From Squalus acanthias (Eukaryota), in assembly GCA_030390025.1 (NCBI GenBank), contig CM059432.1, positions 122,824,001 through 122,888,000 of the forward strand: 64,000 nucleotides of DNA, written 5' to 3'. How positions within the stretch are numbered: position 1 is the first letter of the stretch; the number at the start of each line of letters is the position of its first letter. The position numbers and the translations under genes are program-made. The notes below the pieces were generated by a model. That model was not told where the DNA came from. It did no database searches and saw nothing but the letters and a program-made list of their open reading frames with translations. Shown here one piece after another: positions 48,817 through 59,192 of the stretch.

Positions 48817-51168
48817 TTACGCGGTACTTTCCTCGTTCACGCGCACGTAACGTTCTCTCCAGTCCCCTGTGTTCTCCTGCTTTGTGAGGCGTTTGCCTCT
48901 CTTGCAGTGTACGACCAATAGATACACTACAATTATAACTTGGCACACAGCCAAAATGTGGGAGGCTATCCTGATCCATGACGGAACTTCAATATTAGTG
49001 AACAGATCCCACCACGGTGGGATTACTATGTCCAGAATTTCTGTCCCTATCTCTACAGTCTTTTGTTCTAGGGTGCAAAAATGTTTCTGTGATACCATGA
49101 CGGCTTTTAAAATCTTGGTGAGGTGTTCAGGGAGAGGGGGAATGATGTATCCGAAATGCGCGACGAATCGCTGCAAGTCTGTGAAATTCTCTTTTACAGT
49201 GAGGTGAACAGTGGATGGTTCAGGGATCGGGACAATTCGCTGTTGTGCCACTTGAACTTCAGCCCTGGGTTTAAAACAGAAACTGCTGTCACTCACTGGA
49301 CACCGGCTGTGTTGTCCATGCTGGTAGTGTTGCGCTGCAGTGGTAACGCAATACGTTCCACCCCCTATGTATGCCACCTGTGGGGGCACATGATCTTGTG
49401 TCATTGCTTCCATGGTGCAATTCATGGGCTTCGCGCCAGCCGTTCTGAACCCGCATTGTGGTGTTAAAAAGGCATTCAAGTGCTGGGGACACAGGATGAT
49501 GCGTGCTCCCCGGCCACGACAACCCGAGAGGTCGGTAACTGTCATCGTTTGCTCCCAGCGGATGACGTAAGGTGGGACCGCTGCGTAGCGAATGTGGGCT
49601 CCCCCCTGAATGACACCAATATTCTCCACCCGATACACCGGGGCGGGCTTTGCCGTGTCGCCCAACACCAGCATCCGTACCACTATACCCATGATAGTGT
49701 GATTTGACTGTCCGCAGTCCACTGGGACTGGGTATGCCTCTGAGGCTAGCCTGAGCTGGCACGGGCTTAATGCGTTCTGAAAAGGGTAGAGCGCCTGCAG
49801 GTGTTTGTTACTTATCCAGGACGGGACAAAACCTTGTTTTAAATCCTCCAAATTACTGCGGCCCTCGCCCAGTAACCACGCCCCGTATAGTACGCACACC
49901 TCGTTCTGCGCAGCTTGATCGGATGCATTCCAATCTTCCCTGATCAGGGCATTTACCATTCTCGCATGCTTCTCCAGCTCTGCTATAATCTCTTTTAAGT
50001 GTAGTGTCATGGCCTGGTCCTCATGTAACTCAGACCCTACTACCTTGTTCTCGTTTGTGAGGATGCTTTTTAACTGTGTTTTTAAACCGTTGATCTGGGT
50101 CTGCAGCTCCACATTGTCTAGAGCGTTGACCACAGATGTTCCCGTATTAAAAGCAGTGAACACATCGTTCACAACACCCCTTCTTTGTCTCCCCACCTGA
50201 CCCAAAACTTCGTGTGGTGTGGTGTATAAGCTTATTTTGTCAACCTCCGCAAAATCAAACTCATAAAATTGCCTGAACATGTTTGTTAACAGGACCTGGT
50301 ACAATTGTTCCGTTTCTTTGGGACACCACTCTGGTAAATGCACCTCGGTGAGATTTAGAATCATCGAAGCCACCGCGTAATGTACCCCTTGATATAGTAT
50401 CTGGTCCGTTGGCACCAGTACCAGACCATTCCCGGGCCCCTTAGTGGTTTTAGGGCACCCTTCCTCCTGAGCCAAAGCCACCGGAATCGTGGGCGGAGAC
50501 TTGCGTGGGCGCGTGATGAGTTCAGTGGCGTTTACCGGGATCGGGGAGAATGGAGCTCCGCACCCCTTTGTGCTGACGTCCCACCTCATCCCTTTCCCGT
50601 TATCCTGCCACTGGCGTACGAAAAATATGGATATACCCTTGGGGCAAACGTACTTCGATCCCCACATACAAACATATATTCCCTCATCCGGTTCCCACCA
50701 TTTGTCCCAACAGACTTTCAATTGTCCGTTAGTCCCCGTAATTGTCCGATGGGTATTGTTACCCAATCGCTCCCACTCGACCGAGGAATTTCTCATAGTC
50801 TTGCTTAATTTCCGTAACCACCACCATCGGCTCAATGGGACCTTCCCATTGCACACCAAACAAATCCTTTTGCCGACGGTGACGCTGATTCTGGGTGCAA
50901 TGATCCTTACCCTGGGACACAGTAAAGCAGTCTCTTTGTAGGCAAATCCGAATGCGCTGGAGTATTCCGTCAAATTAGTTCCCAGCCATCCCGGCCACCT
51001 TCCCTTGTGGAAATAAGTGGCGGTTTCCTCAGCCTCTCGCTCCCCGGTCCCATCCGTCGCGATGGGGGCCGTGTCCCCGGAGCAACCAAACACAACGACA
51101 TCCTTGGTGAGGCCCCGATAGGCCAATCCATATCCGATCGTTGCGAGCACTATCAGAATCCTTTCCAT
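48817..51168 (-). CDS. env: Envelope glycoprotein, 783 aa, intact; resembles a class I paramyxo/pneumovirus F-type fusion protein
   Basis: Signal peptide MERILIVLATIGYGLA. Furin site RQRR ends at residue 330, followed by a heptad-repeat segment and a Cys-rich region. TM helix ILAVCQVIIVVYLLVV and basic tail KRGKR. The ORF lies between IN and the PPT. Confidence 0.88.
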   Translation of the reverse strand: MERILIVLATIGYGLAYRGLTKDVVVFGCSGDTAPIATDGTGEREAEETATYFHKGRWPGWLGTNLTEYSSAFGFAYKETALLCPRVRIIAPRISVTVGKRICLVCNGKVPLSRWWWLRKLSKTMRNSSVEWERLGNNTHRTITGTNGQLKVCWDKWWEPDEGIYVCMWGSKYVCPKGISIFFVRQWQDNGKGMRWDVSTKGCGAPFSPIPVNATELITRPRKSPPTIPVALAQEEGCPKTTKGPGNGLVLVPTDQILYQGVHYAVASMILNLTEVHLPEWCPKETEQLYQVLLTNMFRQFYEFDFAEVDKISLYTTPHEVLGQVGRQRRGVVNDVFTAFNTGTSVVNALDNVELQTQINGLKTQLKSILTNENKVVGSELHEDQAMTLHLKEIIAELEKHARMVNALIREDWNASDQAAQNEVCVLYGAWLLGEGRSNLEDLKQGFVPSWISNKHLQALYPFQNALSPCQLRLASEAYPVPVDCGQSNHTIMGIVVRMLVLGDTAKPAPVYRVENIGVIQGGAHIRYAAVPPYVIRWEQTMTVTDLSGCRGRGARIILCPQHLNAFLTPQCGFRTAGAKPMNCTMEAMTQDHVPPQVAYIGGGTYCVTTAAQHYQHGQHSRCPVSDSSFCFKPRAEVQVAQQRIVPIPEPSTVHLTVKENFTDLQRFVAHFGYIIPPLPEHLTKILKAVMVSQKHFCTLEQKTVEIGTEILDIVIPPWWDLFTNIEVPSWIRIASHILAVCQVIIVVYLLVVHCKRGKRLTKQENTGDWRERYVRVNEESTA

Positions 51169-51180
51169 ATCTCCTGGTTC

Positions 51181-51200
51181 CTGTGATCAGATAAAATGAT
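51181..51200 (-). promoter_or_regulatory. Putative env splice acceptor
   Basis: Minus strand atcattttatctgatcacAG/gaacc lies 12 nt upstream of the env ATG. Confidence 0.55.
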
Positions 51201-51434
51201 GTAGCCAGCCTCCCAAGAGTCTCTGGCTTTTGTGAAGGGTGAGCGGGTCCCTTGACCTCGTCTCGCGTATAACGACATGTATGCTGGATAGACTTTAACT
51301 ATTCCTATCACTAACTCCCATCACTTTACCATTTACTTTAAAAATTAAACTACAATCTTACCAAACTTAAAAAAACTATAAACTTAAACTTATCCTAAAC
51401 TTAACTGTACAGCGCCGCCCGTTCCCAGGGCGGC

Positions 51435-54400
51435 CTACCTAAATTCTGCGAAGGCTGCCACGAGCTTTTCCCAGTGGCGGGGGGGCACTGACCCCTTCCT
51501 TTGATCTGCGCTGGGACTGGGATCTCCCTGGGCTGCCTTGAACTTACGCCTGGGGGTGTACGAGGGATTTGACCACAACTTCCTGGGCTGGGGTGTCCGA
51601 CTCGACCTACGGAGGGCTACCTTGGGCAAGATCTCCAGGGCCGACGGACCGGGAACCGAGACTTCCACCGTCACGGCCTGTGGTCCAACCACAGCCGCCG
51701 GCTCTGTCTCCCCTGGCTCCACCCCCCTGGGCTCGGGATCTGCGGTTTCCGACTCCACCTTACTTGCTTCCCCAGTAAGTGGAACTCCACTCGCAATCCC
51801 TATCTCCCCTATGCTTGGGTCGAGGGCGGAACCTCCGTCCTCCGACCCCACCACCTCTCCGACTGGGTCACTACCTTGGTCGAGCTCGCCGAGCTCTTCC
51901 TCATCTGAATCCCAAGACCAAGAAAAGATCCTACACTTTTCCAAAATATCTTCTCCCCTCACGCAGGCTGCTTTACCGGCCTGTGTGCCCTGCGGTTCTA
52001 CCCGGGGCTGAGAGTCCCCACTCGCAGGTTTGGCCCCTGTGATTGGCCCCTGTGCACCCGGTTTATACAGCTTGCACTGGTTAACGTGGAACCATTTTGT
52101 GCGCCGGGGTACCTTTACGGCGTAAACCATGGGACTCGCCTTATCTACAATACTGTAGGGTCCCATATATAGCGGCTCCAAACTCCCTACTCTGGCATCG
52201 TTCCTAACCATGACCTGATCTCCGACTTCCCACTCCTGCTTCTTACGGGGTTCCAGCAACAGGCGATTGCCCTGGTGCTGTCTTCCCATGTTCCCAGCCG
52301 CCTGCTCGTAAACCTGCTTCAGGCGTTCCAAGAGGGTCTGGACAAACTTGTCCCGTTTCACCTCTTGGAGCTGATCCTCAGTGAGCACTGGGGCTAGTAC
52401 ATGGGTGGGGGTTCGCATGATCCTCCCAGTCATCACCTCGTACGGGGAATACCCCGTACTCTTTGACTGGCTGGCCCGGATTCCCATGAGGACTAGAGGC
52501 AGAACCTCCGCCCATTTTTGGGGCGAGTTCATAGTCTCTTTCCTCAGTTTCTCCTTGAGGGTCCGGTTCATGCGTTCAACAGTCCCTGATGACTGGGGAT
52601 TGTGCGCTACGTGCCACTTCCCTTCAATGCCCAAAAGCATGAGGGTGTTCTGCATCACCTGGCCGGTGAAATGACTCCCTTGGTCTGAGTCCACGAAACG
52701 GGGGAGTCCCCACCGCGAGAACACTTCCCGGACCAAGATCTTGGCAGTACCCAGCGCCGTAGCTGTTCTACAGGGAAAGGCTTCTACCCACTTGGAAAAC
52801 ACATCCACCAGGACGAGGCAGTGTTTGTAGCCTCCCTGGATGGTGGGCAGGGGCCCTATGTAATCGATCTGTATCGACTGCCATGGTCCCTCCACCCTCC
52901 TGATGTGCCCCATGTGCACTTTCCTTTTCTGGGGGTCTGGGTTGTTTGCAGCGCACACAAGACAGCTAGCACAGAACTCGCGGACCTGCTCCCTGAGTCC
53001 CGGCCACCATCCCGCCTGCTCTACCCGTTGCCAGGTAACCTCAGGCCCGGGGTGTCCTGCCCCCGGCCCCTCATGAGCCAACTGGAGGAATTCCCTCCTG
53101 TGCTGCTGCGGCACAACCCACTGTTCCTCGCGGAACAGCATGCCTTCTTTAACGGAGAGGGTTGCCGTACTGTATTGGGCCCTCTACCTGCTTGCACTCA
53201 GTAATCGTTCTGAGAACTGCCTTTAGGGCGGGATCCTGGCTCTGGATGGTCTTAAGGTCTAGGGGCAGTGCTACCCTGGTGTTCCCGGGATTCCCTTCCC
53301 TGCCTTGGATCGCTGCCATGGGTCCGGGTTCATAGGGGTCCCAGAAAATGCCGTTACGGGCACCCTCCCTGGCTAGCGCATCCGCCTGCTGGTTGCCCTC
53401 CCCGCGGGGTTCTGTGGAGGAGTGAGCCTTCACCTTGTGGATGAAAATCTCCCCTTCCTCCCCCACTGCCGCTAGGATCTTTTCCAGCAAGGGCTTCACC
53501 GTTAAAGGTCGCCCGTCCGCGGAGGTGTAGCCACGGCGGGACCAAATGGCCAGGTATTCCGTACACGAATTGCACGTAAACATACTGTCCGAACAAATCA
53601 TGTATGGGGTTGGGAAGATTTCTGGGTGGGTAACTACGTACGCCACCGCAGACAGCTCAGCCTGCTGCGCGCTCATCATGCTGGGGAGTTTAATTGCCAA
53701 GGCAAGGTTTGCCGCAGGGTCATAAACTCCACACCCTGTGAGACATTCGCCAGCGGACACTGTGCTGGATCCATCAACATAAATCTCGCGGCCGGTGGGA
53801 TGTATCCCGGCCCGCAAACCTATGTTGACCTCCCACACCCCTTCCACCGAACACTGGTGGGCTGTTCCGGGGTATACCAGGTTGGCCGCGAGCTTGGGCT
53901 CGCAAAGACCTTTAACCCTAAGATCCATCTGGGAAAGGAGAAGGGTCCAGCGCGCAATGCGAGTGCTGCTTACGGTCCCATCCTTAATCATCCCATCCAG
54001 AAGCATCTTGGTTGGCATGTGATGGGTGAGGAGAGTGATGGGAGAGAGCCCTGTGAAGATCGCTGATCTTTTCACAGCCCAATGCGTGGCTAAAAGATGC
54101 CTTTCGCAGTTGGAAAAACTCCTCTCCACATCCGTTAACACCCTGGTCGAATAGACAACCGGCCTCAGCTTGCCGTGACGCTCTTGGAGCAGCACAGCGC
54201 TCAAGCTGTCTCCGCTGGCAGCTACCTCCAGGAAAAACTCCTCCCCCCCATCTATGGCCCCTAAAGCTGGCGCAGTCTGCAGATCCCTTTTTAACTTCTT
54301 GAATGCTGCCTGACAACCCTCGTCCCAAGACCACTCCACTCCCTTATGTAGGAGTCGGAGCAGCGGAGCTGCTGTGGCCGCATAGTCCTCGATGAAGTCT

Positions 54401-55721
54401 CTACAGTATCCGGTCAGTCCCAGAAAGGACCTCACACCCGTTATGGTGTTGGGAATCGGTAACTCCTGCACCGACTCCCTCCTAGCCTTATCTATGGCTC
54501 TTTCCCCAGCGCGAATGGTCAGCCCCAGGAATTTTACTTCTGTGCTTTCTTAGGGTTAACTTTAAAACCCTTTCTCGCTAGCAGCTCCAATAACTCGGCT
54601 AACACTGGTCCATGCTCCTCCCTTGAGTCTGTGAACAGGAGCAAATCATCCACGTACTGCACTATCTGATTGGGCTGACTAAACTCCTTTAAACTTCCTG
54701 CCATACACTGATGGAAAATACTGGGGCTGTTGTGGAAACCCTGTGGCAAACAGTTCCATGTGTACTGTTGTCCTTTGAAAGTAAAGGCAAACTTGTACTG
54801 GTCCTCTCGCCGCAGCGGGATGGACCAAAAACCGTTCGAGATATCCAGCACCGTGAACGTGGTCGCGGACGCTGGGATACTCCCTATTAGGTCAGCAACT
54901 GCTACTACTGTGGGCGCGCAGGCAGGGATGTTACTGTTAAGGACTCTGTAGTCCACCGTGGCCCTCCACGAATTATCCGTCTTCCTTACCGGCCATAATG
55001 GGGAGTTCACGTGTGTGGCTATCAGCCTCAACACGCCCTGCTGCACCAAGGAGGACATTGCTGTCTCCATGTCGGGTTCTGCTTCTTTGGGGAAGTTATA
55101 CTGCTTTTCGGGCCGGGTCATGGGGTCCCCGTCTACGCTGACCTCAAACCCGGTAACCCTCCCACAATCGTGCTTGTGGGTTGCAAACGCGTGCATATTA
55201 TCTGACACGTACGTTTGCATGTCCGTTGGGACATCCGCGACCATAAGCCCGAGGTCGTAACCTCCGGATGGCTTCATGGTACACAGGGCCCCTTTACCTT
55301 CCTTCCCTGGGATTACAACTACCTTGCCTTTCCCACCCTTGGCTCCCCAGAGACAGTGATTCCTAAGGTCCACGAGGATCCCGTGTTCCGCTAGGAGATC
55401 CTATCCGAGGATACCTCTGCCACCCCCCTCTTGCCATTTCATCAGTATGCACTTCCATGTGGTGTGGAGTGCTCCTAAATGAATGGAGAGCGGAATGGAG
55501 AACGCGCCAGCCTGCTCTTTTCCCGTGAACCCCGCTAATGTGAATGGGACCTTGGTAGACAGTGGTGAGTCAAAGGGGCTATCTGTATGGATCACGGTGT
55601 ATGAAGCTCCCGTGTCCAACAAGTAACTACCCTTCTGCTTCTCTACCACCATCTCTACCAGGGGTCTTTTCCACGCATCATAGCTGAGCGGACACAGGTA
55701 AACGGGCTGCGCGGGCTTTAG
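51435..55721 (-). pseudogene. pol: Pol: protease, RT, tether RNase H, active RNase H, integrase; 1 stop and 2 frameshifts
   Basis: PR motifs LLDTGAS and GILG*DLL (TAG at 55401). RT motifs LPQGFHNSP and YVDD. RH motifs YVDGS, AELSA, SDS and GNQQADALA. IN has HHCC, IDYIGPLP, SDQGSHF, VERMNRTLK and GPY. Frameshifts lie near 54540 and 53180. Confidence 0.92.
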
Positions 55722-57545
55722 TCATTGGGTACCGGTGGACGGGGTTGTGGCATCTGTGGGGCCGGTAGCGACTGCCACTTTCCCGTGCGAAATCATAAGG
55801 GACCGCATGGCTCCTAACATTGATTCTATCGCATCGGGATGGATAGGCACACAAGCTCCTTTCTCGGAGACAGGCGCTTGGGTTCGGACTGCGGGAGCTC
55901 TGTCCCTGGAGTCCTTCCAGGAATTCCTGCAGTTTTTACGCCAGTGACTTGTCTTCCCGCACCCGCAACAAACACCACTGGTTTGTGGGGCGCGATTTCC
56001 CTCCTGATGCCACTCTTTCTGAGCCGGAGCTGCGGGCTTTGCCTCATGCACCTTTCCCTTAAGGGGACGCGCTCCCGTGCTCCTAGTGTTCCGATACCCT
56101 ATGGTGAGTCAATTTAGGACAGACTCCTCTGTTGTGGCGGGGTTAGTGGGATCAAACCACGCTCTGGCCTGCTCCCTGACGGCTGGCAAGCTGTTGGCTA
56201 CTAGACACCTGAGCCAATGAGCTTTGCCGGCGCCGTCCAGGCGGTGGCGCGCTGGCGCACCTGGGCAGCTACGCTGGTATACTGGCCACAGTCTGTCGGC
56301 GAAAACCTTCGGGGGTTCTCCCTCCATCTGTACGGTCTGACTCAATCTGACGAACGGACCTTCGTCATCCGCCCCTAACACTTCTAGGACCTCGTCCCGT
56401 AACTCCTCATAGGTTTTATTTCCCTTCTTGCTCTCGTCGGAGAGACACTGAAGGATCGAGCTATCTAAAGAGAACAGCAACATTTTGGTCTTTTCCTCAT
56501 CGTCGCAGCCATTAATTGCTGCGGTCTGTTCTACTTCTCTAAAATGTACGGAAGGGTCATCTGACTCGGACAGCTTCCGTACATGGCTAATCATTGCTCT
56601 CAGCTGGTGTGAGCTGTGGGGCAATACAAGTTGGTTCAGGATATCCCCGTCTTCCCCATTTGCCCCATTCGGGCCTCTCTTATGACCTTGGACCGGACAC
56701 ATCGGTCCCGGTCTCGACACTACCTCCGGGGATTGTCCTACCTCGGGAACCTTCTTCTCTATTTCCACCACCTCCTCCCTTACCCAGGTTGCCGAATAGC
56801 TGGGTGGCGCGGAGGGCATAGTGGCAGATACCTCTTCTGCTTTTTCCGGTAGGGATTTTGGGAATTCCCTACCCACCTGTGGCTGACTCGCTGACGGGCT
56901 GATGAGACACACCAATCCGTTTGCCTTACTCAGGGACTCCCTTAGGTTCTCTATCTCCCTCTGGCAAACACTGTGGTCGGCTCCCTCATGCCTATCCTCG
57001 AGGGCCATCTTGTATGCCGCCCTAACTTCCTTCAAGCTTTCTTCCTGGGCTTTTATCTGGTTAGCTAGGCGGACACACCGTTCTCTAATCCTACCCTCAT
57101 TTAATTTTGCTTCCGTGACCTGACATTCTAGGTAATCAATTTTAGCCTCATGGTGGTTGGCGACTATTTGGCGTTCCTGATGTAACGCATTCAATGATGC
57201 AATGAGTTTTTGTCCTCCCGTGACCTTTTCCTCCATCTCAACTTCCAATTCCCTGATCTGAGTTGCCTGTGCTGCAATGGCCTGGTCCGAAAGTTGGACT
57301 TGCTTCTTGTAGCACATCAGCCAGACCGCTTTCTCTACCGACTTCTTATGTTCTTTACTGCCTGTCCATTTGATGGCGGCGTCTAGCGGACGCTTATCCA
57401 TCAGTAGGTCACTTATCCACTTTTTGGTCAAGTTAACCTTCCCAAACACATAGTCGGCTACCCGCTCATCCATCACATTTCGCCTATTCAGACCAGGGTC
57501 TAAAACATTACTCTCCTGCTCCCAATGTCCTGCCGTGGTCGCCAT
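55722..57545 (-). pseudogene. gag: Gag (coiled-coil N-terminus, capsid-like region, CCHC zinc knuckle) with one in-frame stop
   Basis: ORFs 56109-57545 and 55722-56051 are in the same frame, split by TGA at 56109-56111. The CX2CX4HX4C knuckle is CCGCGKTSHWRKNC. Confidence 0.85.
57527..57544 (-). promoter_or_regulatory. Primer binding site, tRNA-Arg(UCG)-like
   Basis: Minus strand TGGCGACCACGGCAGGAC lies 5 nt after the 5' LTR. Its complement GTCCTGCCGTGGTCGCCA resembles the 3' end of vertebrate tRNA-Arg(UCG), which I recall as GTCCTGCCGCGGTCG-CCA. Confidence 0.75.
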
Positions 57546-57549
57546 TTTT

Positions 57550-59192
57550 TGTAAGGGGACGTGTCTCAGACGGTGCTGGTGCGAGGTTAGGCCTTCGTTG
57601 CCTAATACTATTGCTTGCTCTGGTCTCCGGCCAGCCTTTTTGCAATAAGCACCTGTGAGTGGTTCGACCCACTCGCCCTTACGGTTCTAACACTGGACTT
57701 AGGTGCAGGGAGCAGTAATGCAGAGAAAACTCAAATAGACCCGGTTGAATAGTACGAAATGGAAATCTTTATTGCATGGCGTCTAAAATCATGAAATACA
57801 TGTCATAGGCGCAGATCAACGATAGTACAAGTATACATACATTCATGAAGCTTGGTCTGTGGAAATGGAGAACACACGGCACATCGTAGAAAGGGGAACA
57901 CATTATATCTTAACCTTATTAAAACACCCTCCCTTAATAATACCTACACTACGTCTAGATTTGTAGGATCGGAAAACATGCTCACCACTCGTGTTACTTC
58001 GGAGATTTTTAAAGTGAGGCACTCGGCTCGTTTCGCTGCAGCGCCTGACTGTCACGTGTTTGGAAGGGTTTCTGCACCCCACTTGTTTATTTTCGCTGCT
58101 GCGACAAGCAGGCCAGACTCCCTGTTGTCATGAAGAACTCGACGGACCTCGAACACAGTTCAAAGAAGAGTCTTCCTGTGCTCGATGCAGGTTGTCGGGA
58201 GAACTCAAAGAAAAGTTCTTTATTTATATTTTCGGGGGCGGTCGGGGTTTACTGACCATGGTGGCACGTGGATTCTTCTCCTCTTCTTCTCGTCTCGTCT
58301 CGTCTCTTCGGGCCTCCGGGTCCAGACACCGTTTACCGACACTCGGGATGGTGTACCCTGTTACTTGCCCTTGTCGGGGCGGCTCGTTCCGATTGAGCTC
58401 CACCCAACACTCGCATAACCGACCAGTACGGCTAAGAGTCAAGAGTCAACAAAGTCCAGAGAAACACAAAGTCCAGCCCTAAGGAAGAGCTTCAGCAAGG
58501 GTTCACCGAGAGATAAGAGAATAAGAGTTCAGCCCGAGTCAAGCCCCCGATGGACATTTGTTCTCTATAGTTATAGTGATGTGTCCCCTTATCTCCTGCT
58601 CAAATCCTAATGTTTGTCCTTTGTGTAATATTGGCGCACAAAACTCCCAGCATGGGGCGGTTGTCTTCTTTAACGGGTTTCGGTAGCACCTGAAACTGGC
58701 CAACTATCCGTTAATGTTTTCCCCATTGTTGACCCAGCCAGGATGTGTATGAATCGTCTCCCTGACTGGTTTTGGGGGCCCCCGAATACTGACTTAATCA
58801 CCCGTCGATGTCTCTCTCATTGTAGAGCCGGGGGGGCTATTTGTGTATTGATGTGTCTGGATGGGCCTTCGATTGCCCAGTACAATGATCCTTTCTGTGC
58901 ATAGGAAAACGATTCCAGCACTTATATCTTTGCTATTGTTCCAAATGCAAACAGGTTGCATCCTGTCTTTATCAGTGTTTACCGAGTATGATCCAATCTT
59001 ATACTAAATGTATATTCAACGCCATCTTGTCTGCCCACTGTGTTTCTGGAAGCTTCTGCCACGATGCGCGGTGGCCATTTTACAGGCTTCTGTGTCCTTT
59101 ATTATCAGGACAGCATTTCGTTTAATAAAACTGATCAAATGAATCTGCTTCTCTTATGTTATTTTGAATCGCGATAATTGCGAAACTTTACA
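57550..59192 (-). repeat. 5' LTR of the ERV (1643 bp, uninterrupted)
   Basis: Starts tgtaagggg and ends aaactttaca. Colinear with the LTR segments 41790-42143, 46240-46862 and 47755-48424. Confidence 0.95.

Larger units (their letters stand above)
41790..59192 (-). mobile_element. Full-length endogenous retrovirus (lokiretrovirus-like), LTR-gag-pol-env-LTR
   Basis: Two near-identical LTRs with TGTAA...TTACA ends. 4-bp TSD CTTA at 41786-41789 and 59193-59196. PBS, PPT and gag/PR/RT/RH/RH/IN/env lie in order on the minus strand. Removing the element restores a CR1 RT reading MDVTYMDFQKVFDK. Confidence 0.95.

Noticed and set aside
58060..58482. 140-aa plus-strand ORF and 72-aa minus-strand ORF present in both LTRs
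   Set aside because: Both have non-ATG starts and no motif. Their presence in both LTRs only reflects the recent LTR duplication.
41790..59192. Classification as a foamy virus, epsilonretrovirus or errantivirus
   Set aside because: The CCHC knuckle and in-frame gag-pol argue against foamy virus. The F-like env and GPY integrase argue against epsilon. The dual RNase H argues against errantivirus. Phylogeny is still needed.
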